Assembly (NCBI GenBank): GCA_964388605.1
Contig: CAYMBC010000001.1
Coordinates: 1-44,117 of the forward strand
Direction of reading: 5' to 3'
From: an uncultured Gammaproteobacteria bacterium
GTDB lineage: Bacteria; Patescibacteriota; Patescibacteriia; SG8-24; DYFX01
DNA: 44,117 nucleotides
In this document: piece after piece, positions 1-9,640 of the stretch
Layout of the letters: every line of letters begins with the position of its first letter
Position numbering within the stretch: the first letter of the stretch is position 1
Position numbers and translations under genes: made by a program
Notes under the pieces: generated by a model
What the model saw: only the letters and a program-made list of their open reading frames with translations
What the model was told of the DNA's origin: nothing
Database searches by the model: none

Positions 1-1065
1 GGCGGCAGCGGCACGCGCCTCTGGCCGGTCTCTCGCAGAAGCGTTCCAAAACAGCTTCAGCCCATTCTCGGTTCCGACACGCTTTTGCGTTCGACCTGGA
101 AACGGCTCCGGACGGGCCTTCCGGCTTCCCGGATCTTGGTCGTCACGAACGCCGCTCAGGCGGAATTGATCCGCAAGGACCTGCCCGAATTGCCTGACGC
201 AAACCTGCTTGTCGAACCGATGAAGCGCGATACGGCCGCCGCGATCGGTTTTGGCGCGGCGGTGGCGTTGTCCCGAGACGCGCGAGCGACGGTCGCGACG
301 ATCAACTCCGACGCGTACGTGAAGAACGAAAAGGAATACTGGCGCGTCATCCGCCTCGCCGAGAAGGCGGCGAAGGGCTCCGGCAAGATCGCCCTGGTCG
401 GCGTTCGCCCTTCTTATCCAGAAACGGGGTACGGGTATATTAAAATGGGATCGCAAGCGATGCGTTTCAAGCGCGACGCCGGCCACGACGAGATCTTCGA
501 TGTCGAAGGGTTCCGGGAAAAACCCGATCTGGAGACGGCGGAAGCGTACGTTTCGCAATGGGAGTATCTGTGGAACCCGACCTTGATCGTCGCCCGCGCG
601 AACGTGCTGATGAACGCGTTTAAGTCGCATCTTCCGAAAACCTGGAAGCTGCTGGAGAAGATCCGTTCCACCTGCGGCACGCCAAGATACGAAAAAACGC
701 TTGCTGCCGCATTCGAGCGTATCGTGCCCATTTCGATCGATTACGGCGTTCTGGAAAAGGAAAAAAAGATGGTCGTGGTTCCTGCGGATTTCGGTTGGGC
801 GGATGTCGGCCATTGGCGCGCAGTGCACGACGTGCTTTCCGGTAGGCCGGAAGCGAACGTCGTGCGCGGAGCGCATGTCAGCCACGATTCAAAAGGAAAC
901 CTGCTGTACAGTTTTACGGGAAAGCTGATCGCGACCGCCGGCCTCCGGGATATGATCGTGCTTGAGACCGAAGATGTCCTGCTCGTTTGCCCGAAACAGC
1001 GCGCTCAAGACGTCAAAAAGATCGTCGAGACGCTGGAAAAGAAAAAAATGAAGAAATACCTGTGA
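1..1065 (+). CDS. manC: Mannose-1-phosphate guanylyltransferase (GDP-mannose pyrophosphorylase family), 5' end outside the window
   Basis: Frame-1 translation from nt 1 reads GGSGTRLWPVSRRSVPKQL (the G-G-x-G-x-R-L-W-P nucleotidyltransferase loop). It runs without a stop into the listed 85..1065 ORF. FREKPDLETAEAY and GWADVG segments are typical of ManC/CpsB-type enzymes. Confidence 0.85.
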   Translation, partial: GGSGTRLWPVSRRSVPKQLQPILGSDTLLRSTWKRLRTGLPASRILVVTNAAQAELIRKDLPELPDANLLVEPMKRDTAAAIGFGAAVALSRDARATVATINSDAYVKNEKEYWRVIRLAEKAAKGSGKIALVGVRPSYPETGYGYIKMGSQAMRFKRDAGHDEIFDVEGFREKPDLETAEAYVSQWEYLWNPTLIVARANVLMNAFKSHLPKTWKLLEKIRSTCGTPRYEKTLAAAFERIVPISIDYGVLEKEKKMVVVPADFGWADVGHWRAVHDVLSGRPEANVVRGAHVSHDSKGNLLYSFTGKLIATAGLRDMIVLETEDVLLVCPKQRAQDVKKIVETLEKKKMKKYL

Positions 1066-1066
1066 T

Positions 1067-1627
1067 ATGGCGATCACTCCTTGGAAAATGCTCGACTCCA
1101 AAACCGTCTTCAAGAACCGGTATTGGCACATCGTGCAAGACACGGTCGAGCTTCCGGATGGAAGCGTGTATTCGGAATTTTTCGTGAATGACAAGGCGGG
1201 CGGCGCGCAGGTTTTTGCCATGACGGAAGAAGGCAAGGTCGTGATGAATCGCCAATACAAGCATGGGGTGCGTGAAATCGTGACGGAGTTCGCGATCGGC
1301 GGCCTTGCCGCCGGGGAGGATCCGTTGATCGCCGCGCAGCGCGAGCTGATGGAAGAGACGGGGTACGGCGGAGGAGAATGGGAGCCGCTCGGTGCCCACA
1401 TCCCGAACCCGACCTCTTCGAGAGCGGTTTTCCATGCGTACGTCGCGAGGAACGTGCGTCTTCTCGGGGAGCCTGTCGACGATCCTCGGGAAATCATCGA
1501 GACATTCTTGGTTGATCCGAAAGATCTTCCTGGCATGATCGAGCGCGGTGAAATCCGCTCGCTCGCATCCATTTCGCTCGCCTTCGTCGCGCTCGCGAAA
1601 CTCGGGTTCCTCGAGGTCAAGCCATGA
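1067..1627 (+). CDS. NUDIX hydrolase (ADP-ribose pyrophosphatase-like)
   Basis: Complete Nudix box G-x5-E-x7-REUxEExGU is present as GGLAAGEDPLIAAQRELMEETGY. The gene starts 1 nt after the manC stop. Confidence 0.85.
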   Translation: MAITPWKMLDSKTVFKNRYWHIVQDTVELPDGSVYSEFFVNDKAGGAQVFAMTEEGKVVMNRQYKHGVREIVTEFAIGGLAAGEDPLIAAQRELMEETGYGGGEWEPLGAHIPNPTSSRAVFHAYVARNVRLLGEPVDDPREIIETFLVDPKDLPGMIERGEIRSLASISLAFVALAKLGFLEVKP

Positions 1628-2649
1628 AGGCGTTTTTTGCCACGATTCTTGCCGCGGTCTTGCTTGGGAGCTTGGCTTTTTTTCGTCTTGATCGACCGGT
1701 TTCAAGAGAGGCGAAAGGCGTCATGTATGTCGTGAATCCCGGTGACGGAGCGCGCGATATCGCGCGCGGCCTTGAGAAGGCAAAACTGGTTCGCAGTCAA
1801 CGTTATTTCCTGTTCGCTGCCTGGCGACGAGGGGATCGGGAGAAGTTCTCGGCAGGCGCTTTTGAGCTATCTCCATCCATGACGACCGGTGAGATCGAGG
1901 AGAGGCTTGCCAGCGGAAGACCGGTCACGAACGAGCGCAATATCACGATTCTTGAAGGCTGGACGCTCGATGATATCGCCGTCTATCTGGAGAAAGAAGG
2001 CGTCGCTTCGCAAAAGGAGTTTTATGCCGAAGCGGGGGAAAGCGCCATGTTCGTAAAAGTTGGCGCCTTGCCTGACTGGTCCGCGTTCTATCCGGCGCTG
2101 AAGGGCTTGCCCGAAACGGCCTCTCTTGAAGGGTATTTGTTTCCTGACACGTACCGCATATACGCGGATGGGGGCGCCAAGGCGCTCGTGCGGCGCATGC
2201 TCGACAACTTTGAAGCCAAGCTCACTCCCGAGCTTCGCGCGGAGATCGCGGCTTCGGGGCGCTCGATCCGCGATATCGTCATCATGGCTTCCGTAATCGA
2301 GCGCGAAGTACGCGGCGCCGAGGAGAGCGCGCTGGTTTCCGATATCTTTTGGAAACGCGTCGACTCCGGGATGGGCCTCGAAGCCGATTCGACGGTCAAT
2401 TATATCACCGGCCGCTCAAAGCCGTCGGTGAGCTACGCCGAAACGCGCATTGATCATCCCTGGAATACGTATAAGTACCGCGGCTTGCCGGCGGGTCCGA
2501 TCGGGAATCCGGGCATGACAGCAATCCTCGCGGCGATCCGTCCCAAGAGCAATCCGTATTGGTTTTTCCTGACCGACAAGGAGGGGGGCGTTCACTACGC
2601 AAAAACGCTCGACGAGCATAACGCTAACAAGGCGAAATACCTTCGCTGA
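1624..2649 (+). CDS. mltG: Endolytic murein transglycosylase MltG (YceG family)
   Basis: N-terminal TM helix. YceG-type C-terminal region LEADSTVNYITG...HPWNTYKYRGLPAGPIGNPG. 4-nt overlap with the upstream gene. Confidence 0.85.
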   Translation: MKAFFATILAAVLLGSLAFFRLDRPVSREAKGVMYVVNPGDGARDIARGLEKAKLVRSQRYFLFAAWRRGDREKFSAGAFELSPSMTTGEIEERLASGRPVTNERNITILEGWTLDDIAVYLEKEGVASQKEFYAEAGESAMFVKVGALPDWSAFYPALKGLPETASLEGYLFPDTYRIYADGGAKALVRRMLDNFEAKLTPELRAEIAASGRSIRDIVIMASVIEREVRGAEESALVSDIFWKRVDSGMGLEADSTVNYITGRSKPSVSYAETRIDHPWNTYKYRGLPAGPIGNPGMTAILAAIRPKSNPYWFFLTDKEGGVHYAKTLDEHNANKAKYLR

Positions 2650-2650
2650 T

Positions 2651-4312
2651 ATGAAACGCGCCCTCGCCGCGCTCGCGCTTTCGTTCGGCCTCTTCGTGCC
2701 TTTTGAGCCTGCGTTCGGGCAGGCGTCCTGGAGCGTGAAGGAATTCCATACCGACATGACGGTACGGGGGGACGGATCGCTCGAGGTGCGCGAGCGCGTC
2801 GTGGCGGATTTTTTAAAGGAACGGCATGGCATCTATCGGTACGTCCCGTACCAAGGAACGAACGATCGGGAAGATCCCTACCGTTTGCGCATCGGGCTGA
2901 TCGGCGCGCGCCGCGACGGCCAGACTGAACGCGTTTCGGCCTCGAAGGAAAACGGAAACGTGGTTTGGAAAATTGGCAAGGCAGATCAGGGTCTGCTCGG
3001 CACGCACGTATACGAGCTGACGTACCGCGTCGAGAACGCGATCGGACGTTTTGAAGATTTTGACGAAGTCTACTGGAACGTGAGCGGAGAAGGATGGGAT
3101 ACGCCTTTGCCCGCCGTTTCGGCGCGCGTCGCGCTTCCAGAGGGCGTCGCAGCGACGCAAAACCGATGTTACGTGGGATCGTATGGTTCGATTTCGGAAG
3201 CGTGTTCAGTACGAGGAGAGAAGGGTTCAGTCCTGGATTTCGTTTCCGCTCGTTCTGGCGAACCCATGACGGTCGCTGTCGGTTTTCCAAAGAATGCCGT
3301 GGGCGGACCATCGCTTTTCAAGCGCCTGTTGTGGGCGCTCGGTCGGTACGGGTCATGGATCCTGCCCTTTGCGGTTCTTATCCTCGCGTACCGTTCTTGG
3401 AAAAAGCATGGAGACGATGCTCCGCTCGGTACGATTGTGACGCAATACGAGCCGCCCGCAGGCCTTACGCCGGCGGAGACGCGGGCAGTGCTTACGCAAA
3501 GCGCGAGTAGCAAGGATGTGGCCGCGACGATTGTCGATCTGGCCGCGCGCGGGTATATCCTCATCGAGGAAGCGGAGAAAAAGAATCGGTTGTTCACGAC
3601 GAAGGAGTACGCGCTTCTTTTAACGAAAGCCTTCAAAGCTGATGCCGAGCTGCGCCCGTTCGAGCTTCAGATGCTGTCAAGCCTGTTCTCGGGTACCATC
3701 GGGGAAAAAGTAGAGCTGTCCTCGCTGAAGAAGACGTTTCATATGCAGGCTGAAGCCTTCACCAAGGGTGTCATGGCATCGCTCTCGGAACGCGGGTTTT
3801 TCGTGAGAGATCCGGGGTATGTGCGCGGACTCTGGATGGGAATCGGCGGAGCTGCGCTTGTTGCCGCCTTCGTTCTCATCCCCCTTTCCGGCCCCCTGAT
3901 CGCGAGCGGCATTCTTCTCATGATCTTCGGCTGGTTCATGCCGAAATGGTCGGAAACCGGCCTCGAAGCCGTACGGCACGCCAGCGGATACAAGGAATTC
4001 ATTTCCAAAGTCGAGAAGTATCGTGCGCCGTGGATGGAAGATCAAAACGTGTTCTTTCGGACTTTGCCGTACGCGATCGTCTTCGGCCTCGGCGCGAAAT
4101 GGGCAAAGGCGTTTGCGCATCTTCAGATGCAGCCGCCGAATTGGTATCACGGCGCCAATATGGCCGCTTGGTCAACCGTCGATTTCGAAAAAAATATGCA
4201 GGGTTGGTCATCGGCCATAGCGGCCGTTTCCGCTCCATCGTCTCGCCCCGGTTCCAGCGGCGGCGGCTTTTCCGGCGGAGGTTTTGGCGGCGGCGGCGGG
4301 GGATCGTGGTAA
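2651..4312 (+). CDS. DUF2207-family membrane protein with Gly-rich C-terminal tail
   Basis: Signal/TM at the N-terminus, an extracytoplasmic beta-rich region and several TM helices. The terminal GGGFSGGGFGGGGGGSW tail is as I recall for DUF2207 proteins. Pattern recognition only. Confidence 0.7.
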   Translation: MKRALAALALSFGLFVPFEPAFGQASWSVKEFHTDMTVRGDGSLEVRERVVADFLKERHGIYRYVPYQGTNDREDPYRLRIGLIGARRDGQTERVSASKENGNVVWKIGKADQGLLGTHVYELTYRVENAIGRFEDFDEVYWNVSGEGWDTPLPAVSARVALPEGVAATQNRCYVGSYGSISEACSVRGEKGSVLDFVSARSGEPMTVAVGFPKNAVGGPSLFKRLLWALGRYGSWILPFAVLILAYRSWKKHGDDAPLGTIVTQYEPPAGLTPAETRAVLTQSASSKDVAATIVDLAARGYILIEEAEKKNRLFTTKEYALLLTKAFKADAELRPFELQMLSSLFSGTIGEKVELSSLKKTFHMQAEAFTKGVMASLSERGFFVRDPGYVRGLWMGIGGAALVAAFVLIPLSGPLIASGILLMIFGWFMPKWSETGLEAVRHASGYKEFISKVEKYRAPWMEDQNVFFRTLPYAIVFGLGAKWAKAFAHLQMQPPNWYHGANMAAWSTVDFEKNMQGWSSAIAAVSAPSSRPGSSGGGFSGGGFGGGGGGSW

Positions 4313-4322
4313 AAAGCGTTCT

Positions 4323-5543
4323 ATGACCGTTCTCATCATCATTGCGCTTGTCGTTATCGTGTTTTCGGCGGTCGCTTCCGGGGCTGAAGCTGCGTTCTTT
4401 TCTGTTTCGTATCCGCGGGCGCGCACGATGTTGCAAAAGGGGAGAAGGGGCGCGAAGGCGCTCGTGGAAATCAAGGAGAATATGACGAAGGCGATCGGAA
4501 CGCTCGTGATCATCAATAACATCGCGAACATCGTCGGATCCGCGCTCATCGGCGCTTTTGCCGCCAAACTGTTCACGTCGACAGTGCTCGGCATTTTTTT
4601 CTTCTGCTTTACGATGATGATCATCGTGTTTTCCGAACTGCTGCCTAAGACGTTTGGAGAACAGCATGCCGATCAAGCGGCATTGTTCATGGCCCCCGTT
4701 GTCCAGGTGTTTATGCGCGTGTTTGCCCCAGTGCTTTGGTTGATCGACATGCTTGCGAAGCCGCTTCGGGTACCATACGCGATGAAGGCCAAGGTTTCCG
4801 AGGATGAGATAAAAATGATGGCACGGTTGGGCCGCGAATCGGGTACGATCGAACAAGACGAATCCGCAATGATCCGTCGCGTTTTCCGTTTGAACGACAT
4901 CACAGCTGACGACATGATGACTCCGGTCTCGCTTATCGAGACGATTCCCGGATTCACTCCGCTCGGCGAGCAAAAAAGGAAGATCTTGGACCTGCGCCAT
5001 TCGCGCGTGCCTGTGCTTGGCGAAGACGGCGAGCAGATCGTGGGCGTGGCGCTGACACGCGACCTGATTTCTGCGATCGCGCGCGACGAATTTCAGGCGA
5101 CGCCCACGGACTTTTTGCAGGAAGCGCTTCGGACGCGCAACGATACTCCGGCGGACGATCTCCTGCCGCTCTTTCAACAGCGCGAGCAGCACCTGGCGAT
5201 CGTCGAGGATGCCGACGGGCGCATGGTCGGCGTCGTGACGCTTGAAGACGTGCTTGAGGAATTAGTCGGGGAAATCACCGACGAAAAGGACGTACGTCCG
5301 GAAACGATCAAGCGCGTTTCGAAAACGGAGATTTTGGCGGATGAAGGCACTGATATCGCGAAGGTCAACCACTTCTTCAATACCGCGATCGAGTTCAACG
5401 GCACGTTGGGAGACTACCTGATGGAAAAATTCGGGCGGCTGCCCGGCGTCGGCTACGCTCTTGACGAAGGCGCTTTAACCTTCGTAATCTCCTCGATGTC
5501 CCGTACCCGGCCCAAACTCGTGTCCGTTCGCAAGCGCGGATAG
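4323..5543 (+). CDS. CNNM/DUF21 - CBS pair - CorC_HlyC family protein (hemolysin-like, putative divalent cation transport)
   Basis: ATG 4323 (MTVLIIIALVV) is preferred to 4284, which overlaps the Gly-rich tail of the preceding gene. Four TM segments are followed by a CBS-like region and a C-terminal transporter-associated domain. Confidence 0.8.
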   Translation: MTVLIIIALVVIVFSAVASGAEAAFFSVSYPRARTMLQKGRRGAKALVEIKENMTKAIGTLVIINNIANIVGSALIGAFAAKLFTSTVLGIFFFCFTMMIIVFSELLPKTFGEQHADQAALFMAPVVQVFMRVFAPVLWLIDMLAKPLRVPYAMKAKVSEDEIKMMARLGRESGTIEQDESAMIRRVFRLNDITADDMMTPVSLIETIPGFTPLGEQKRKILDLRHSRVPVLGEDGEQIVGVALTRDLISAIARDEFQATPTDFLQEALRTRNDTPADDLLPLFQQREQHLAIVEDADGRMVGVVTLEDVLEELVGEITDEKDVRPETIKRVSKTEILADEGTDIAKVNHFFNTAIEFNGTLGDYLMEKFGRLPGVGYALDEGALTFVISSMSRTRPKLVSVRKRG

Positions 5544-5639
5544 AAGAGGAGTTCACGATGGCGTTCGACGAGCTGATGGATAGCGAACAGATGTAAGCGG
5601 CGGCAGCCGGTTCTTTTCCTCGCCTGATCACAGCTCGTG

Positions 5640-5663
5640 ACAGAGGTCTTGCCTCTGTTTTTT
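5640..5663 (+). terminator. Rho-independent terminator after the CNNM-family gene
   Basis: ACAGAGG-tcttg-CCTCTGT hairpin followed by a T-run (TTTTTT). Confidence 0.6.
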
Positions 5664-5665
5664 AT

Positions 5666-5695
5666 TTGCCTTGTTCGCCGTTCGGAGGCTAGACT
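5666..5695 (+). promoter_or_regulatory. Putative sigma70-type promoter of the helicase gene
   Basis: TTGCCT (5666-5671), 18-nt spacer, TAGACT (5690-5695). The ATG at 5702 is only 6 nt downstream. A GGAGG at 5684-5688 is an alternative, distant SD, so the call is ambiguous. Confidence 0.4.
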
Positions 5696-5701
5696 GTCGC
5701 C

Positions 5702-7777
5702 ATGAAAACCTACGTCCTCAAGAAAAACGGCGAAACTCCGGATTTCCGCATTGACTATGCGGCGGAGCTGAACGAAGAGCAGCTTGCCGTCGTCATGAAC
5801 GGCGACGGGCCGTGCTTGGTGCTGGCCGGCGCCGGCTCCGGCAAGACGCGAACGATCGTCTATCGCGTGGCGTATCTTTTGGAAAAAGGGGTGCAGCCCG
5901 AGCATATTTTGCTTTTGACGTTTACCAACAAGGCCGCGCGCGAAATGCGCGAGCGCGTCGCTTCCTTGGTCGGCGCCGAACCGGCTCGCTTGTGGGGCGG
6001 AACGTTCCATCATGTGTGCCATCGCATCTTGAGAGAGAGGGGAAACCGCGTCGGCCTCCGCGAAGGCTTCACGATTCTGGATTCCGAGGACGCCAAGGAT
6101 TTGATGAAGGCGTGCGTACGCGAACTCGGCGTCGATACGAAAGCAAAGCGATATCCTTCCCCGGCGGTCCTTTTGAGCCTCGCTTCTTTCTCTTTTAATT
6201 CCGGGCTGTCCATTCTGGAAACGATCGAAGCCAAGCATCCCACGTTTCGCGACCATACATCGTCTATCGAGGATGTCGTCGCGCGCTATATGGCGAAAAA
6301 GCGCGCTTCAAACGCGGTCGATTTCGACGACTTGCTGCTGCTTACGGCCAAGCTCCTGCGCGAAGACGATGATTCGCGCCGGCGGTACGCCGAGCAGTTT
6401 CGGTACATCCTGGTCGACGAGTACCAGGACACCAACCGCGTACAGGCGGAAATCGTCTGCCGCCTCGCCACGGTTCATGGCAACGTCATCGTCGTCGGCG
6501 ACGACGCTCAGTCGATTTATTCGTTCCGCGGAGCGGATATCCGCAACATCTTGGCGTTTCCGAAACTGTTCCCGAACGCGAAGACGTTCCGTCTTGAAAC
6601 CAACTACCGTTCGACGCCTGAGATTCTCGATCTCGCCAACGACGTTATCTCCAAAAATGCCGAGCAGTTCCCGAAAGAGCTCAAGAGCGTGAAGCCTTCG
6701 TTTGCCAAGCCTTCGGTCGTGAACGCGGTTTCCGGCGCCCAGGAGGCGGAGTTCGTCGCCCAGCGCATCGCCGAGCTGCACGATGAAGGCACTCCGTACG
6801 AGCAAATCGCCGTTCTCTTCCGCGCCACCTTCCATTCTCAGGCGCTGGAATTCGAGCTTATGAAGCGCGGCATTCCGTACGATTACCGCGGCGGCATGAA
6901 ATTTTTCGACCGCGCGCATATCAAGGACGCGCTTGCGTTTTTGCGCATCGCCACGAACAAGGACGATGAGGTTGCGTGGATGCGCGTGCTTTCGCTCCAA
7001 GTCGGCATCGGTCCGGCGACAGCCGTCCGCCTGTTCGAGCGCGTCCGCTCGCGCGCCTCTCTGGATGACGTCTCGGACGACGTCGCTAGCGGCTTGCCGG
7101 CGCGGGCCTCTTCCGGCTGGAAAGCGTTTTTGAAAACGTTCGGCGATGTGCTGGACGCGAGGCCGGCTCCGTCGAACGTCCTGCGCGCGGTCGCGGATTC
7201 GGAGTATAAAGTCTATTTGGAAAACGAATATCCCGACTATCGCGACCGTCTTGAAGACTTGGAACAGATCGCCGGTTTCGCCGAGCAATATCCCGACATC
7301 GAATCTTTTTTGGCCGACGCGGCGCTTCGCGACGATATCGCCGCCGCCGGAAAGAACGCGCATATTTTGAAGTCGACGGATACCGAAGAGGGGAAAATCG
7401 TGCTTTCGACCGTGCACCAGGCAAAAGGCCTCGAGTGGGACGCGGTGTTCGTCATCCATATGACGCAAGGCGCCGTTCCGAACAAGCGCGCCTTGGTCGA
7501 AGGCGAAGCGGGTTCCGGGCTCGAAGAAGAACGCCGCCTGTTTTACGTCGCCGTCACGCGCGCCAGGCGCGACCTGTGGCTCACGTATCCGCTCTCCGTG
7601 GGGTATGGCGATTTTTCTTTCGAGCCGAAATCGGAATTCTTGCAGGAACTTTCGCCGCGGCTGGTCGAAGAAGTGCGCATCGAGGAATCCTACGACGACC
7701 TGCCGACGATCTCGTACGACGAAAACGGCGATCCGATCCAGCGCAAAGGTCTGTTGAAAGATATCGGCGAATACTGA
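5702..7777 (+). CDS. uvrD: ATP-dependent DNA helicase, UvrD/PcrA/Rep family
   Basis: Walker A LVLAGAGSGKT, motif II ILVDEYQDTN, and VHQAKGLEWDAVF and LFYVAVTRA near the C-terminus. Confidence 0.9.
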   Translation: MKTYVLKKNGETPDFRIDYAAELNEEQLAVVMNGDGPCLVLAGAGSGKTRTIVYRVAYLLEKGVQPEHILLLTFTNKAAREMRERVASLVGAEPARLWGGTFHHVCHRILRERGNRVGLREGFTILDSEDAKDLMKACVRELGVDTKAKRYPSPAVLLSLASFSFNSGLSILETIEAKHPTFRDHTSSIEDVVARYMAKKRASNAVDFDDLLLLTAKLLREDDDSRRRYAEQFRYILVDEYQDTNRVQAEIVCRLATVHGNVIVVGDDAQSIYSFRGADIRNILAFPKLFPNAKTFRLETNYRSTPEILDLANDVISKNAEQFPKELKSVKPSFAKPSVVNAVSGAQEAEFVAQRIAELHDEGTPYEQIAVLFRATFHSQALEFELMKRGIPYDYRGGMKFFDRAHIKDALAFLRIATNKDDEVAWMRVLSLQVGIGPATAVRLFERVRSRASLDDVSDDVASGLPARASSGWKAFLKTFGDVLDARPAPSNVLRAVADSEYKVYLENEYPDYRDRLEDLEQIAGFAEQYPDIESFLADAALRDDIAAAGKNAHILKSTDTEEGKIVLSTVHQAKGLEWDAVFVIHMTQGAVPNKRALVEGEAGSGLEEERRLFYVAVTRARRDLWLTYPLSVGYGDFSFEPKSEFLQELSPRLVEEVRIEESYDDLPTISYDENGDPIQRKGLLKDIGEY

Positions 7778-7798
7778 TCAAAAAAAAGAGCCTCGGCC

Positions 7799-8899
7799 TT
7801 ACGCCGGGGCTTTGCCATTCTTGCCGTTGTCGCCCTTGGAGCGGCCGCGCATCAGGCTGATGCGTCGGCGAAACTGCGCGCTCAGGAACGAGATGAGCAG
7901 ATTGGCGGTATCAGGGAACGGTACGTGCGGTTCAGCGAGCGCATAGCGCGCTCCGCCCGAGCCGTGCTTGGCGCCGCCGTTACCTCTGCCGAAAATCGCC
8001 TCGATGAACCTGGTGAGCGGGAGCTCCTTGCTGTAACTCCGTACGGACGCGCGCACCCAGGGTCCGGTTACGCCCCAGATCACGGTCGTCTCCGCGCCTT
8101 CGTTGCGGCGCTGGCGGTTCGCGATGATCGAAAGCAGGTCGCCGTCCTCCTCCTTGAGGAGGCTCGTGGTGTGGGCGATGCGCACGCCGTCGATGATCTC
8201 GACGGTCGCAAGCACCTCCCGCTCCATGTCGGCGAACTGCGGCGGCAGGCGGTAGTCGAAGCAGGCTTCGAGCAACTCCTGGTCGCCGCCGGACATGAGC
8301 CAGGCGAACGTTTGGATGTCCGCTTCGTGCACGATACCGAGCGTCAGCTGATCGGTGTCCGAGTGGATGCCGATGGCCGCGAGCGTGCGCAAGCGCTTGT
8401 CGAGCGGTACGCTGCAGGCCTGTGCCAGCAACGCGCACAGCGTGGTGGCCGAGCCGCAGGAGACGACGAGATCCAGACCGTCCCCCATCTTCACAGGCTG
8501 TTCGAGATGGTGATCGACCACGAAGACGAATCGATTCGGGTCGATACGGACGCCCGCACCGAACCTCGAATCGTCGAAACGGGACGAATCGACCAAACCG
8601 AGCGAACCGCTCGCGGGCAGCTCGGAGATCGGCCGCATCGACTTCATCAGCTCGTACTCGTTGTGGAGGAGCTGGTTCTGCGGATGGCCGAAGCTGCCGG
8701 CGTAGTAGATCTCGCAAGCGATTCCGTAATGCTCGAACAGCGCTTTGGCGACATGCGCCGCGGCGATGCCGTCCGGGTCGATCTGCGCCACGATGACGGA
8801 AATCGATCTCTCTTTCTTCAGCCGCTTGATCAGCGCCTTCAACCGTTGCGTGTGGCACGGCCTGAGAAGGCCGGCGTTGGTGGTGGAAAGAGCGGTCAT
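7799..8899 (-). CDS. DHH-family phosphoesterase (NrnA/GdpP-like DHH-DHHA1 architecture)
   Basis: VAQIDPDGIAAAH (DxD), FVVDHH (DHH) and a C-terminal GGAKHGSGGA resembling the DHHA1 GGGH motif. AGGAGG lies 5 nt upstream of the ATG on the minus strand. The C-terminal tail is basic. Confidence 0.75.
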   Translation of the reverse strand: MTALSTTNAGLLRPCHTQRLKALIKRLKKERSISVIVAQIDPDGIAAAHVAKALFEHYGIACEIYYAGSFGHPQNQLLHNEYELMKSMRPISELPASGSLGLVDSSRFDDSRFGAGVRIDPNRFVFVVDHHLEQPVKMGDGLDLVVSCGSATTLCALLAQACSVPLDKRLRTLAAIGIHSDTDQLTLGIVHEADIQTFAWLMSGGDQELLEACFDYRLPPQFADMEREVLATVEIIDGVRIAHTTSLLKEEDGDLLSIIANRQRRNEGAETTVIWGVTGPWVRASVRSYSKELPLTRFIEAIFGRGNGGAKHGSGGARYALAEPHVPFPDTANLLISFLSAQFRRRISLMRGRSKGDNGKNGKAPA

Positions 8900-8975
8900 G
8901 TCATCCTCCTGGGTGCGAGCATACGCCTTTTGCGCGCCGCGTCAATATGCTAGATTGCCGTCGGAGGAATCGCTT

Positions 8976-9509
8976 ATGTCCGCACTCACTCCCGGCAAGG
9001 AATACGAACGGAAATTTCTCGTGCGCGTGGACAAGGTGCCGCGCGGTCTTTTGAAAGACGGCCAATATATCGAGCAGGGCTATCTCTCGCTCGATCCGCT
9101 CGTGCGCCTCCGGCTGATCGGCGGCGAAGGCATCATGGAATTCAAAGGCGACAAGAACGTCGAGATCGAGCTCTGCCGCGTTTCGATCCACGAAGGCCGG
9201 CGCATTCTCCGCGAGCGCGCCCTGCAGACGGCTTCCATCGTCGAGAAGGAACGCTTCGAAGTGCCGACGGGATTCGACGGGCTGAAGTGGGAGATCGATT
9301 TCTTCCATGGGCAGAATGACGGACTCGTTATTGTCGAGCTCGAAATGCCGCGCAAGCGCTATTCGATCAAATCGAAGCCGCGTCCGGAATGGGTCAGCCT
9401 CGAAGTGACGGACGATCCCAGGTTCAAGAACAAGAACCTCGCCGTCCATCCGTTTCACGCCTGGTCAAAGCGCGAACGAAGGGAAATCTCGGAAATCATG
9501 GGCTCTTAG
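8976..9509 (+). CDS. CYTH-domain protein (triphosphate tunnel metalloenzyme; CyaB/ThTPase-like)
   Basis: ATG 8976 is preceded by GGAGGA (8963-8968). N-terminal KEYERKFLV carries the ExExK CYTH signature. The 5' part of the listed 8745 ORF overlaps the divergent DHH gene and is probably not coding. Confidence 0.8.
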   Translation: MSALTPGKEYERKFLVRVDKVPRGLLKDGQYIEQGYLSLDPLVRLRLIGGEGIMEFKGDKNVEIELCRVSIHEGRRILRERALQTASIVEKERFEVPTGFDGLKWEIDFFHGQNDGLVIVELEMPRKRYSIKSKPRPEWVSLEVTDDPRFKNKNLAVHPFHAWSKRERREISEIMGS

Positions 9510-9538
9510 CCCATTTTTTGTATGTGGATAACTCAGGG

Positions 9539-9566
9539 TTGTGCGCGGGGGTGCAGACCCTATACT
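9539..9566 (+). promoter_or_regulatory. Putative sigma70-type promoter of the 708-aa gene
   Basis: TTGTGC (9539-9544), 16-nt spacer, TATACT (9561-9566). It would give a leader of about 150 nt. Confidence 0.5.
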
Positions 9567-9572
9567 AAAGGC

Positions 9573-9640
9573 GCATAAGGAAATGCCTATGGCTGTATCG
9601 AACGTGTTTGTTGAGAAGGGGGAGGCGTGTTTCCTTATGC
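9573..9640 (+). promoter_or_regulatory. Long-range stem in the 5' leader of the 708-aa gene
   Basis: GCATAAGGAAA (9573-9583) is perfectly complementary to TTTCCTTATGC (9630-9640). The stem encloses 46 nt that contain a GAAGGGGGAGG purine tract. Confidence 0.4.

Noticed and set aside
4256-4303. GGC-rich triplet tract (cggcggcggc...ggcggcggcggcggggg) considered as a slippage-prone repeat.
   Set aside because: It is imperfect, is in frame, and encodes the Gly-rich tail typical of this protein family. There is no evidence of a frame break.
3999-5192. Long antisense ORFs of 320-440 aa: this one, plus 6308..7468, 10444..11766, 12666..13994, 14555..15793, 18794..19762 and 25303..26277.
   Set aside because: Their translations are Arg/Pro/His-rich and low in complexity. 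They lie fully antisense to ORFs with clear family motifs. Stop-poor antisense frames are expected in GC-rich coding DNA.
5558-5596. 12-codon mini-ORF (MAFDELMDSEQM) with a strong AAGAGGAG SD between the CNNM-family stop and its terminator.
   Set aside because: It is too short to evaluate, shows no recognisable peptide class, and could be chance. It would need ribosome profiling or conservation evidence.
5702-9509. UvrD-family helicase plus neighbouring nuclease/phosphoesterase-type genes considered as a Gabija-like defence locus.
   Set aside because: The helicase has the full-length PcrA/UvrD motif set and size. It is convergent with, not co-transcribed with, the DHH gene. No OLD/TOPRIM ATPase partner is present.
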